64,000 bases of DNA from Chloroflexota bacterium (GTDB lineage: Bacteria > Chloroflexota > UBA11872 > VXOZ01): the NCBI GenBank assembly GCA_963663275.1, contig OY760183.1:2976001-3040000 (forward strand), in the 5' to 3' direction. The position numbers and the translations under genes are program-made. The notes under the pieces were generated by a model. It was not told where the DNA came from. It was given only the letters and a program-made list of their open reading frames with translations, and ran no database searches. Positions 10,501-19,066 of this stretch are shown here, in pieces (the first letter of the stretch is position 1; every line of letters starts with the position of its first letter).

Positions 10501-10663
10501 ACGGGTAGAACGTCGTGACCGTGACAATTGGAAAGTCTACTTCCGGAAAAAGCTCTACCGGCAGTCTGGTGTAGGTGAATATTCCCGATACAAGCACCAG
10601 AATTACTGCCAACACCGTCACCGAGCGGCGGCGCAGTGCGAGACCAGTGATGAACGCGATCAA
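7514..10663 (-). CDS. RND efflux permease (AcrB/SwrC family)
   Basis: LPVELFPEV, GRVVDDSIVVLEN, GIVVTNAVVLV, RLRPILMTAITT motifs; TTG start at 10663 after GGAGG (the ORF-track upstream extension is probably spurious). Confidence 0.93.
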   Translation of the reverse strand: MIAFITGLALRRRSVTVLAVILVLVSGIFTYTRLPVELFPEVDFPIVTVTTFYPSANPESVAENVTIPVEDAIAGMDGLDTIQSTSTENLSIIVATFEFGTDMEEAENIASSRVSGISFPDGVNEPDVGRIDPDSIPVIRISVTGERETAELQAILEDGILPQLSGIDGVASIEVIGDVQQQILITVDPDRLLQERISLFQVSQALRENNITFPGGAITSNGQALPVKTTSRFGSLEELRQLVIPRTFAGAPSQAGAAPQPLRLGDVAEVQLGASMARSISRTNGTPSIGVSIYKEPDANTIDVTTAVEEALAGLDNLPEGVEVVIVYNDGPQIQAQIDTLEREAVLGLTLASIVVFAFFLTVRPSVFRGVFRTLRPTLVIVLSIPLSIFTGVLLMNWQGLALNFMTLGGLAISVGRVVDDSIVVLENVYRNIELGRDRWRAALEATVEVGPAITASTLATIVVFAPLAFIQGLVGAFFFPFALAVSFALIASLIVALTAVPVLGAYLLRPGDLPEGVGEGEEIPETDTWMQRIYVPMLRWSLGHKALTLLAAIVIAGGSFGLLRFIPVNLFSSGGVQFVTINMELPPGTQAEATLAEVDLLEGQISEFADIYYTSMGAAAGASAQSFTTGFNESSTFVQLKEDVPEDIVDILRERLPTTAERRITIADVGGGPPAAELEIRITGSNYDEIASLASQLAQELATIDGIEDVSSDVSEARDEVIVNVDPERAAALGLSAQTVAFQINQFLVGQTVTQVALDGRPVDVILTGPADRVNSVETIRALMIAGPAGIAPLSDIASVQVEAGPVAIRRTDRLRSAGISGDITVDDTQAVGEIIQEKIDALDLPPGVTVTNAGVFAQITEGFEDIFIAMAVGVVLVYLVMVASLGSLRNPFVIVTSLPLALIGALAALAITGRSLGLPGMMGILLLIGIVVTNAVVLVSFVEQLRERGLSVFESLMQGGRVRLRPILMTAITTSFALIPLAAFSEDSGGILGAELATVVIGGLVSSTFLTLLVVPVVYTLANQSVPGLFRRRPPRKPAIERVEVAE

Positions 10664-11066
10664 GGCGGCCTCCATGAGGATTGTGAAATTAATCGCTCTA
10701 TAAGTTGAGTATATCCCATATTCTGCCATTTGTGTTACCGCCGGGCCGGCGCGCCCGCGCCGCGGCCCGCGAGACCGGACGCCATCGGCAGCGCCGCGCT
10801 TGCGCCGGCGGGCAACCGGCGAATGTCTACTGGTGTGGGACGCTGCGCTCGGCGGGGACAAGCGAGAACTCCCGCCGCGCCGGCCGCGTGATAGACGGCA
10901 TGACGCCGTCCGCCGGCCGGCCAGGGACGACCGCTGCCCGCGCCGCTCCCGCGCTGCCTCCCACACCCCCGCGTAAACGCCCGCCGCGCGGCGGCGCCGT
11001 TCCACACGGCGCTGGAAGACCTTAGCGCGGGCGCACCCGGATTTACCGTGAAGGAGCACTAAGCAC

Positions 11067-11942
11067 GTGAAGATTCTGTTGGATCCCGGCCACGGCGGCC
11101 GCGACCCCGGCGCGATTGGCGCGCTGCCGGGCGCAAATACCGGCAGCAACTTGCAGGAGAAAGACGTTACCCTCACCGTGGCGAAGTTGGCCGCCGAGGA
11201 ATTGCGGGAGCGCGGCTACACCGTGCTGCTGACCCGCGAAACCGACGAAGCCGTGCCTCTGCACACGCGCACGGCCATGGCGGTGGCGGAGAAGGTGGAC
11301 GCCTACCTCAGCATCCACGCCAACGCCGGCGGCGGCACGGGCTGCGAGGTGTGGTACCAGGCAGGCGACGAGTCGTCCCGCGCCTTTGCCGCGGCTCTGG
11401 AAAAGGGCATCCGCGACGTGGACGTGGTGCCCAATCGCGGCCTGAAGGCCGGCAGCGCGGCCACCCGCACCAACTGGTACACCTTCTCGCAACTCGCCAA
11501 CGACGCGCTGCTGGAACTGGCCTTTCTCGATCATCCCGGCGACGCCCGGCAGCTTCACCGGTACCCGGAACGCTTTGCGCGCGGCATCGCGAACGCGATC
11601 GAGGCGCACCTGCCGCTGGCGGTGGACGCGCAAGCCGCGTGCGATGACTTGGACGCCGCGTCCGCTGACGCTTCGTCCGCGCCGCAGAATGCCGCGCCTC
11701 GGGAGACGCTGACTTCGACTCGCCGCGAGTCGCAGACTCCCTGGCAAGCGGAAAAGCAGGAAATCATCGCGCAGCGGGACGCCATGCTCGCCGAAATCTA
11801 CGCGGAACTGATGGCGGACCGCACCGACCTGGCCTACGCCATTCGCCTGGCCAACGGCGCACGGAACACCGCCGACCTGGGCGGCATGACCCGCGCCGAG
11901 CGGCTGCGGGAACTCAATGAAAAGTGGGCCGGCAAGATTTGA
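11067..11942 (+). CDS. N-acetylmuramoyl-L-alanine amidase (Amidase_3), endolysin-like, no signal peptide
   Basis: LDPGHGG, EKDVTL, SIHAN, LLELAFL zinc/catalytic motifs; helical C-terminal tail. Confidence 0.88.
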   Translation: MKILLDPGHGGRDPGAIGALPGANTGSNLQEKDVTLTVAKLAAEELRERGYTVLLTRETDEAVPLHTRTAMAVAEKVDAYLSIHANAGGGTGCEVWYQAGDESSRAFAAALEKGIRDVDVVPNRGLKAGSAATRTNWYTFSQLANDALLELAFLDHPGDARQLHRYPERFARGIANAIEAHLPLAVDAQAACDDLDAASADASSAPQNAAPRETLTSTRRESQTPWQAEKQEIIAQRDAMLAEIYAELMADRTDLAYAIRLANGARNTADLGGMTRAERLRELNEKWAGKI

Positions 11943-11994
11943 CCGGGGCTCGAGTCAGGCTCACCCGCCGCCAAGCGCCTGATCCCGTTGCCCC

Positions 11995-12145
11995 GTAGCG
12001 CGGGGGCTCGTCTCCCGCCTCACGACCAACATCCCGTAGCGCGGGGGCTCGTCCCCCACCTCCGGCTCAACCAACCGTAGCGCGGGGGCTTGTCCCCCGC
12101 CTCCGGCCCAACCAACTGTATGCGCGGGGGCTTGTCCCCCGCCTC
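11995..12145 (+). repeat. Cluster of 4 REP-A copies
   Basis: Variants of gtagcgcgggggct(c/t)gtcccccgc at roughly 41-bp spacing. Confidence 0.85.
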
Positions 12146-12282
12146 CGGCGCGATGAACACCCGTCATCTCCGGCCAGGCGCTCAACACGTATCCCGTTCC
12201 CCGTGCGCGCCTCCAACTGGCGCGTTGAACGAACCGAAATCTTCGCGGTGTCATCATCCAACCAAAACGAAGGAGAAACCCT

Positions 12283-12552
12283 ATGACCGGAATCGAATTG
12301 CTCGGCCTCGGCGGCATATCCGTCGGCGTGCGCATCGTGGTTTCCGCGCTCAAGCTGGCGGGGCTGCCCAAACGCTTTGCCCCGCTCACGGCGGTCTTCC
12401 TGGGCGCAATTGCCGGCGGCCTGGGCGGACCCACCACCGGCGCCGGCTGGTACACGAGCGTCGCGCTGGGCATTCTGGCCGGCGGCGCCGCCGTCGGCCT
12501 CTACGAGATCGGCCGCCAGGCCACCAGGCGCAATGGAGACGCATCCCCGTAG
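12283..12552 (+). CDS. Small multi-pass membrane protein, holin-like
   Basis: 89 aa, about 3 hydrophobic segments, KxxGLPKRFAP and GILAGGAAVGLY pattern with basic C-tail, AAGGAG RBS; follows the amidase. Confidence 0.62.
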   Translation: MTGIELLGLGGISVGVRIVVSALKLAGLPKRFAPLTAVFLGAIAGGLGGPTTGAGWYTSVALGILAGGAAVGLYEIGRQATRRNGDASP

Positions 12553-12830
12553 ACGCCCATGGCGACCCCCTGCCGGCTGACCACCGCCGCCGCTTAGGCC
12601 CAAGCTCAAATCGCCGGCTGGCTGTGAGAGGACGCGAACGCCGGCCTCCCCGCATGACGGCCCCGCGCCGCGCCCGCTGCGCCTACCCGGCGCGGCGGGC
12701 GTGACTCAATCGAGTGCAGCCAAGTGAATTAGGGTACACGCGCGCCCATCAGCCGCCAGGAAAGTCTTGCTTTTCAGATCGCCTTTGTGCTACTATCTGA
12801 CTGGTTAGAATAACACGTTATAAATCAAAC

Positions 12831-13082
12831 ATGCGGAAGATTCAAGCGACAGAAGCCAAAGCACATCTCGCCGACCTGCTGCGCACGGTCGAGCGCGGTG
12901 AAACCGTTGCCATCACGCGCCACGGCAAGACGATTGCCCATCTCGTTCCGGCCCATGCGCGCGACTCTGAATCGCGCCAGGCCGCCGTGGAACGCTTTCG
13001 GCAACGGCGGCTGCGGTGGAGCGGCATTGAGATGACCACGCAAGAGATTCTCGACGCCCGGCACGAGGGTCATCGTTCGTGA
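12831..13082 (+). CDS. Type II antitoxin, Phd/YefM family
   Basis: EAKAHLADLLRTVERGETVAITRHGK motif; overlaps the toxin start (GTGA). Confidence 0.9.
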   Translation: MRKIQATEAKAHLADLLRTVERGETVAITRHGKTIAHLVPAHARDSESRQAAVERFRQRRLRWSGIEMTTQEILDARHEGHRS

Positions 13083-13486
13083 GCGACCTCGTTCTCGATG
13101 CGTCCATCGCCGCAGCATGGCTCTTCCAGGATGAATCCGAGCCGCGTGCTGAGGCGGCGCTGGCGCGCCTCGCCGAGCAAAGCGCCTTAGTGCCGCAGCT
13201 TTGGCGCCTGGAAATACGCAACGTGCTGCTCACCGCCGAGCGGCGGGGCCGGTTGGCTGCCGATGAAGCCGTCGAGGCGCTGGATGCCCTGAGCGAACTG
13301 CCCATTCTGACCGATACAACCCCGGATCTTGATGCGGCGTGGGCGCTGGCGCGCGCGCACCAACTTTCCTATTACGACGCACTCTATCTTGAGTTGGCCC
13401 AGCGGCGCAACGGGACGCTCGCCACTTTGGATACCGCGCTGGCGCGCGCCGCGAAAGCCGCGGGCGTGCCGCCCTTCGCGCCGTAG
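13079..13486 (+). CDS. vapC: Type II toxin, VapC/PIN family
   Basis: LVLDAS, LEIRNVL, LSYYDALYLELA, LATLD PIN acidic residues. Confidence 0.88.
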   Translation: MSDLVLDASIAAAWLFQDESEPRAEAALARLAEQSALVPQLWRLEIRNVLLTAERRGRLAADEAVEALDALSELPILTDTTPDLDAAWALARAHQLSYYDALYLELAQRRNGTLATLDTALARAAKAAGVPPFAP

Positions 13487-13669
13487 GTGACGCAGCCCGC
13501 CAAGGCGAGAGCCAGGCACGGCCTCCCGGCGACCGCCGCCAGCCTCGTGCTCTCGCACGGGCGCTCACGTCGGCCTGCCCGCTGCACCTGGCGCCGGGAC
13601 GATGGGAATGCGCAGGAGAGCGCCGCTGCGGAGGCCACCGGAATTTCCACGTCGTGAGCGGAGCGCATA

Positions 13670-15562
13670 GTGTTAGACAAGCATCGCCAGCGGTCCTTCT
13701 TCCAGCGAACGCGGGAGACGCTGCGCCTGTGCCGTCTCGCCGTTTGGCTGACGTGGCGGGCGCACCCGCAACTGGCCGTCCTCACGTTGCTCTTGCTGCT
13801 GGCGCAGGCGGCGCTCCCACTCCTGCAACTCTGGTTTTCGCAAGCCCTGGTGGAACGCCTCACGTTCGATCTCGGCTTGGTTGCGCAAGTCCCGGACGTG
13901 GCCCGCAGGCTTCCTCTGGCGGCGTGGATCGGCCTTGCGGCCGGCGCGGTGGCGCTCTCCCAATTCTTGCAGCCGCTCTTCGCCACGCTGCACGTCATGG
14001 CCGGCGACCGCATTACGGGATTTGCCGCGGGCGAACTCATCCGCGCCGCCAACCGCTGGCGGGGCCTGGCGCGCTTCGAAGACCCACAGGTTGCCGACGA
14101 CCTGGCGCACGCCCGGCGCTACGTGCGCGGCAGCGGCGTAGACATCATGAACTATGGCACGCGCGCCGTGTTGGCGCTCTTGACCGTCACCGGCATGGTA
14201 CTGGTGCTGGCGGCGCTCCACCCACTCGCGCCGCTGGCGCTCGTGCTCCTCACGCTGCCGGCCATCGCGCAGCGGTGGGACTTCTCCGACCGCATGGGCA
14301 GCCACCTCTACGCGCAGACGCCGGAAACGCGCCGCCTCGAATACAGCCGCGGCATGATGCTCACGCCGGAACCCGCGAAAGACGTGCGCTTCTACGGGCT
14401 GGACCAGTTCTTCACGCAACGGTACGCTACTATCTTCACCCGCACCATGGCGAAGCTGGACCGGGTGCGCCGCTCGCTGGTCCCGCGCGTTACCTTGGCC
14501 AGCCTGCTCGCGGCGCTGGCCGTCGGCGGCGTTTGGGTCTGGCTGGCGTGGCGCATCTTTCTGGGAGAGGAAAGTCTGGGCGCGTTCGTGCTCTACGGGG
14601 GCGCGGCCGCCATGCTCTACCGGGAGTTGCTCATGATCGGTTTCGATTTGGGCTTCCTCCCGCTCGCCTTTGGCGCGCTGCGCAGTTTCCGGCGCGTCCT
14701 GGATGCGCCGCCGGACTTGCCGCTGCCGCGCCGGCCGAAACCGGCGCCATCCCAAATCCGGCAAGGGATAGCATTCGAACACGTCCGTTTCACCTATCCG
14801 GGCAGCGAGACGCCGGTGTTGGCAGATGTCTCGTTCCACCTGAAGCCCAACCAATCCACGGCGCTCGTGGGGCACAACGGGGCCGGCAAGACCACGCTCA
14901 TCAAGCTGCTGCTCCGCTTCTACGATCCGGACGACGGCCGCATCCTGCTGGACGGTGTCGATCTGCGGGAATACGACCTGGCGGACCTGCGCCGCCAGAT
15001 GGGCGTAATCTTCCAAGACTTCGTGCAATACGAGCTCACCGCCGGCGAGAACGTGGGGCTGGGCCAGGTGGATGCCCTCCACGACGAAGCGCGGATCCGC
15101 GCCGCGGCCGCGCAAGCCGGCGCCGACGAGGTGATCGACCGGCTGCCGCAGGGACTTGCGACCCAGTTAGGCCGCCAGTTCGGCGGACGCGAACTCTCCG
15201 GCGGCGAGTGGCAGCGGCTGGCCTTGGCGCGCGGCTTCATGCGCGACGCCCCGCTTATCGTGCTGGACGAACCGACGGCCGCCTTGGACGTGGAAACCGA
15301 GTATGCGGTCTACCAGCAATTCCACGCGCTGACGCGGGACAAGCTCACCGTGCTCATCAGCCACCGCTTCTCCACGGTGCGCATGGCCGACCGCATCCTG
15401 TATCTGGCGGACGGACGCATCGCCGAGTCGGGCAGCCACGAGGCCCTCATGGCGCAGGACGGCGCCTACGCCCGCCTCTATCGCTTGCAGGCCGCGCAGT
15501 ACGCCGAGGGAAAGCAAGAGGACGCCCAGGAACCGCCAAGAGAAGCCAATGGCAAGCATTAA
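13670..15562 (+). CDS. ABC exporter, fused permease/ATPase
   Basis: N-terminal TM domain; GHNGAGKT, LSGGEWQR, LDEPT, SHRFST. Confidence 0.92.
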   Translation: MLDKHRQRSFFQRTRETLRLCRLAVWLTWRAHPQLAVLTLLLLLAQAALPLLQLWFSQALVERLTFDLGLVAQVPDVARRLPLAAWIGLAAGAVALSQFLQPLFATLHVMAGDRITGFAAGELIRAANRWRGLARFEDPQVADDLAHARRYVRGSGVDIMNYGTRAVLALLTVTGMVLVLAALHPLAPLALVLLTLPAIAQRWDFSDRMGSHLYAQTPETRRLEYSRGMMLTPEPAKDVRFYGLDQFFTQRYATIFTRTMAKLDRVRRSLVPRVTLASLLAALAVGGVWVWLAWRIFLGEESLGAFVLYGGAAAMLYRELLMIGFDLGFLPLAFGALRSFRRVLDAPPDLPLPRRPKPAPSQIRQGIAFEHVRFTYPGSETPVLADVSFHLKPNQSTALVGHNGAGKTTLIKLLLRFYDPDDGRILLDGVDLREYDLADLRRQMGVIFQDFVQYELTAGENVGLGQVDALHDEARIRAAAAQAGADEVIDRLPQGLATQLGRQFGGRELSGGEWQRLALARGFMRDAPLIVLDEPTAALDVETEYAVYQQFHALTRDKLTVLISHRFSTVRMADRILYLADGRIAESGSHEALMAQDGAYARLYRLQAAQYAEGKQEDAQEPPREANGKH

Positions 15563-15598
15563 AGAGAAGCCAATGGAGAGCACTAAGGAAGCCCAGGC

Positions 15599-17569
15599 GT
15601 GAACACGCGGTTCATCAACACGCTGCTAAGGCAACTCCGGGTGTTAAGGCAACTCCCGGACACCCTCTTTTCCCTCTCCCGCTGGATAAATATCCATAAT
15701 CAACTCCGGGATTCCTCTTCTCCCCTCTCCCGCTGGGAGAGGGCTAGGGTGAGGGTCCGCAAGCATCTCCGGGACGTCCGCTCAACGGTTGTGCTCCTCG
15801 TGCGGGGACTCGCCCTGGGCCTCGCGCCCGCGCCGGGCGCGGCGGCGGCCCACGTTGCGCTGGCAGTGGTAGCCGCGGCCCTACCCGTGGCGCAGGTCTG
15901 GCTCGGCAAAGTGCTATTGGACCAGCTCTCGCTGGCAGTAAGCGGCGCCGTCATTGCGCTCTCAGCCATTCTGCTCACCGCCGCGCTCTATGCGCTGACG
16001 CTGGGCGCGCAAGCGGCCCTGGAACCCGTGCAGGAGACGCTCACCGCGTGGCTGGAAGACCGGGCCGTGGGGGAATTCGACCGCCGGGTCATGGCGGCCG
16101 GCGGCCGCTTAGTAGATCTCTATCAGGTTGAGCGCCCGTCCTTCCAGGACGATCTTGCCGTTGTCCAGTTCGGCAGTTTCACCGTGCCGCGGCTGGTCAC
16201 GTTCCTGCAGAGCGGCCTGCCTCCCGCCCTGACGTTGGTTGGACTGCTCGTCCTGCTCGCGCGCCTGCATCCACTCATCCCGCTCTTCCTGATGCTCGCC
16301 ACCGTGCCCTACCTCATCAGCGAACGCCGGATGGCAAAGAACCGTCACGAAGCCATTGCAAAGCAGTCCCGCGCCGCCCGGGAAATGGAATACTATACCC
16401 AGGTGACTACCGAACCCCAATCCGCCAAGGAGGTGCGCGTCTTCGGCCTGGGCGGGTTCTTCCTGCGCCGCTTCGAGCAGCGGCGCGCGCAGGCCCTCCG
16501 GGAACTTGACCGGGTGCGGCTCACCCACTTGCGCAACAACGGGTTCTTTGGCGCGCTCTACGCCGTGACCTTGGGCGGGGGATTCTGGTACGTGGCGGCC
16601 CAGGCCGGCGCCGGCCAACTGACGGTGGGCGACGTTGCCCTCTACCTGGGCGCCATCGCCCAAACCCAAGGGGCGCTCCGCTTCACAGGCATCTGGGCCG
16701 GCATGCTCTACGAAATCACCCTACGGCTCGACACCGTCTTTCGCTTCCTCGACCACAGCCGGCCGGAAATTGCCTTGCCCCAACCCAACGACGCGCGCGA
16801 CGCGCCTGGCCTGCTTCAAGAAGGCATCGCGCTGCGGAACGTCGCCTTCCACTACCCGGAGAGCGACGCAAACGTGCTACGCGAGATCAACGCCACGCTC
16901 CCCGCCGGCAAGGTTACGGCGCTGGTGGGCGTCAACGGGGCCGGCAAGAGCACCCTCGTCAAGCTCATCACCCGCATGTACGACCCCACAGAGGGGGACG
17001 TTCTGCTGGACGGCATGCCCCTGCGCGCCTACGACCTGGAGAGCCTGCGGCGGCGCATCGCCGTGGTCTACCAGGACTTTGCCCAGTTTGCGTTGAGCCT
17101 GGGCGAGAACATCACCGTAGGCGCGGGCGGGCTGGACGCGAGCGACGCGCGTATGAGGCAAGCGGCGGCGTGGGCCGGAGCGGACCAGGTTGCCGCGAAC
17201 CTGGCGCGCGGCTACGATACGCAGCTTACGCGGCGGTTCTCCGGCGGCACTGAGCTTTCCGGCGGCGAGTGGCAGAAGGTGGCGCTGGCGCGCGGCTTCA
17301 TGCGCGACGCCGCTTTCGTCATTCTGGATGAACCCACCGCCGCGCTGGACGCCGAGGCCGAATACCATCTCTTCCAACGCTTCCGCGAGTTGGCGGCCGG
17401 CAAGACCGCCCTTATCATCTCCCACCGCTTCTCAACCGTGCGCATGGCGGACAATATCCTCGTCCTGGAGGATGGCGCGATCTTGGAGAACGGTTCCCAC
17501 GCGGACCTCATGGCCGCCAACGGCCGCTACGCCACGCTCTACGCGATGCAGGCAAGCTGGTATCGCTAA
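15599..17569 (+). CDS. ABC exporter, fused permease/ATPase (probable heterodimer partner); start uncertain (15599 or 15749)
   Basis: GVNGAGKS, LSGGEWQK, LDEPT, SHRFST; paralog of the upstream gene. Confidence 0.9.
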   Translation: MNTRFINTLLRQLRVLRQLPDTLFSLSRWINIHNQLRDSSSPLSRWERARVRVRKHLRDVRSTVVLLVRGLALGLAPAPGAAAAHVALAVVAAALPVAQVWLGKVLLDQLSLAVSGAVIALSAILLTAALYALTLGAQAALEPVQETLTAWLEDRAVGEFDRRVMAAGGRLVDLYQVERPSFQDDLAVVQFGSFTVPRLVTFLQSGLPPALTLVGLLVLLARLHPLIPLFLMLATVPYLISERRMAKNRHEAIAKQSRAAREMEYYTQVTTEPQSAKEVRVFGLGGFFLRRFEQRRAQALRELDRVRLTHLRNNGFFGALYAVTLGGGFWYVAAQAGAGQLTVGDVALYLGAIAQTQGALRFTGIWAGMLYEITLRLDTVFRFLDHSRPEIALPQPNDARDAPGLLQEGIALRNVAFHYPESDANVLREINATLPAGKVTALVGVNGAGKSTLVKLITRMYDPTEGDVLLDGMPLRAYDLESLRRRIAVVYQDFAQFALSLGENITVGAGGLDASDARMRQAAAWAGADQVAANLARGYDTQLTRRFSGGTELSGGEWQKVALARGFMRDAAFVILDEPTAALDAEAEYHLFQRFRELAAGKTALIISHRFSTVRMADNILVLEDGAILENGSHADLMAANGRYATLYAMQASWYR

Positions 17570-17691
17570 GCAGCGCCGTCATTGCGCGCGGGCCTCTTCG
17601 TTGGTGGATCAATGCAACCCTCCCACCACCGGCTAGAGCCGGAGCCCTCGCAAGGCGTTCACCCTTTGGCCAAGAAGCGGGGGACAAGCCC

Positions 17692-17897
17692 CAAGGGTAT
17701 CGCGTAAACGTAGCGCGGGGGCTTGTCCCCCGCCAGAGCAAGAACACTAGCTCCACAAAGGTTTGATCGAACAAAGACGCAGGTTTAATCCACTCCGTTA
17801 GCGCTTCTCTTGTTCCGGCGGGGGACAAGCCCCCGCGCTACATTAACACGACTGCATTGGGGACTTCCCACCGCGCTATGTTAACGCGGCAACGTTG
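17692..17897. mobile_element. MITE family A, palindromic variant plus a stacked extra right end
   Basis: Follows gggacaagccc; begins caagggtatcgcgtaaac+REP, ends REP+attaacacgactgcattg (17859), then a 38-bp half-REP+TIR unit ending 17897. Confidence 0.65.
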
Positions 17898-18026
17898 GGG
17901 ACTTCCCACCGCGCTACGTTCTGAGCGCCGTGCCTGAGACCCGCGCGCTGCGGCACGCAGCTACGGTGCTGTCAAGAGTGAATGCAAACAATTTATCGAA
18001 AAGTCTCTAATCCATGCCGTTTTCAC

Positions 18027-18056
18027 TTGACGTAGTCTCTGTATTAAGTTTATAAT
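18027..18056 (+). promoter_or_regulatory. Sigma70-type promoter
   Basis: TTGACG-18 bp-TATAAT in an AT-rich patch upstream of the ABC operon. Confidence 0.6.
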
Positions 18057-18136
18057 CTCTAAAGACGATGTTAATTCTTGTCGAACGGGAAGAGTGACGA
18101 GATGATTGCAGAGAGCGCCGCGAGGCAAGCGCGGCG

Positions 18137-19066
18137 GTGGCGCAGACGACGGGAGCACCAGTGAGCCAGCCCCTCATAGAAGCGGAAAACCTGACCAAAC
18201 ACTACGGCAAGACGATCGCGCTGCACGACGTTGACATGCGGGTCAACGCGGGCATCACCGGTCTGCTTGGGCCGAACGGAGCGGGCAAGAGCACGGCCAT
18301 GAAGCTCTTTCTGGGGTTGCTCACGCCCACCGCCGGGTCCGCGACGGTCCTGGGCGAGAAGCCGTATGAAAACGTCGCCGCCCGCATGAGGCTGGGCTAC
18401 ATGCCAGAGCACGACTGCCTGCCCGACTTTCTCACGGCGTCCGAGTTCCTCAGCCACATGGCGCAGATCAGCGGCATTCCGCCCAAGCACGCCCGCACCC
18501 GCGCCGCGGACATGCTCCGCCACGTGGGCCTGGACGAGGAACGCTACCGCCACATCAAAGAGTACTCCACCGGCATGAAGCAGCGGGTCAAGCTGGCGCA
18601 AGCCCTGGTGCACGACCCGGCGCTGGCGCTGCTGGACGAACCGACCGCCGGCCTCGATCCCGCCGGACGCGAGGAGATGCTGGAACTCGTGCGGCGCACC
18701 GGCCGGGAGTTTGGCATCAACATCATGCTCTCCTCCCACCTCATGGGGGACGTGGAGAGCACGTGCGAACGCATCATCGTCATCGAAGGCGGCGTCGTCA
18801 TCGAGCAGGGCGACGTGTCCGAGTTCACCCAGGAAGGCGAGACGTTCCACGTCGAAGTGGACGATCGCCGCGATGCGTTTATTGCCGCGCTCGAACGGCG
18901 CGGCCTGGAGCCGAGCCTCAGCGGCGCGTCGCTGGTCGTGCGCCTGCGCGGCGACGACCAGCTCGACGACATCCGCGACGCGCTGGCGGAGACCGGCGCG
19001 CGCCTGCGCCGGCTCGCGCCCAGCCGCGGCGAACTCTCAGACATCTTCCGGAGGAGCGCGGGATGA
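18137..19066 (+). CDS. ABC-2 type transporter ATP-binding protein
   Basis: GPNGAGKS, YSTGMKQR, LDEPT. Confidence 0.92.
   Translation: MAQTTGAPVSQPLIEAENLTKHYGKTIALHDVDMRVNAGITGLLGPNGAGKSTAMKLFLGLLTPTAGSATVLGEKPYENVAARMRLGYMPEHDCLPDFLTASEFLSHMAQISGIPPKHARTRAADMLRHVGLDEERYRHIKEYSTGMKQRVKLAQALVHDPALALLDEPTAGLDPAGREEMLELVRRTGREFGINIMLSSHLMGDVESTCERIIVIEGGVVIEQGDVSEFTQEGETFHVEVDDRRDAFIAALERRGLEPSLSGASLVVRLRGDDQLDDIRDALAETGARLRRLAPSRGELSDIFRRSAG

Noticed and set aside
10664-11176. N-terminal extension of the RND ORF
   Set aside because: Arg-rich non-homologous sequence overlapping the amidase; good RBS and TTG at 10663
11067-13486. Intact prophage
   Set aside because: No integrase, structural, packaging or replication genes in the window
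13670-17569. RiPP/lasso peptide cluster around the paired ABC exporters
   Set aside because: No precursor or modification enzymes nearby
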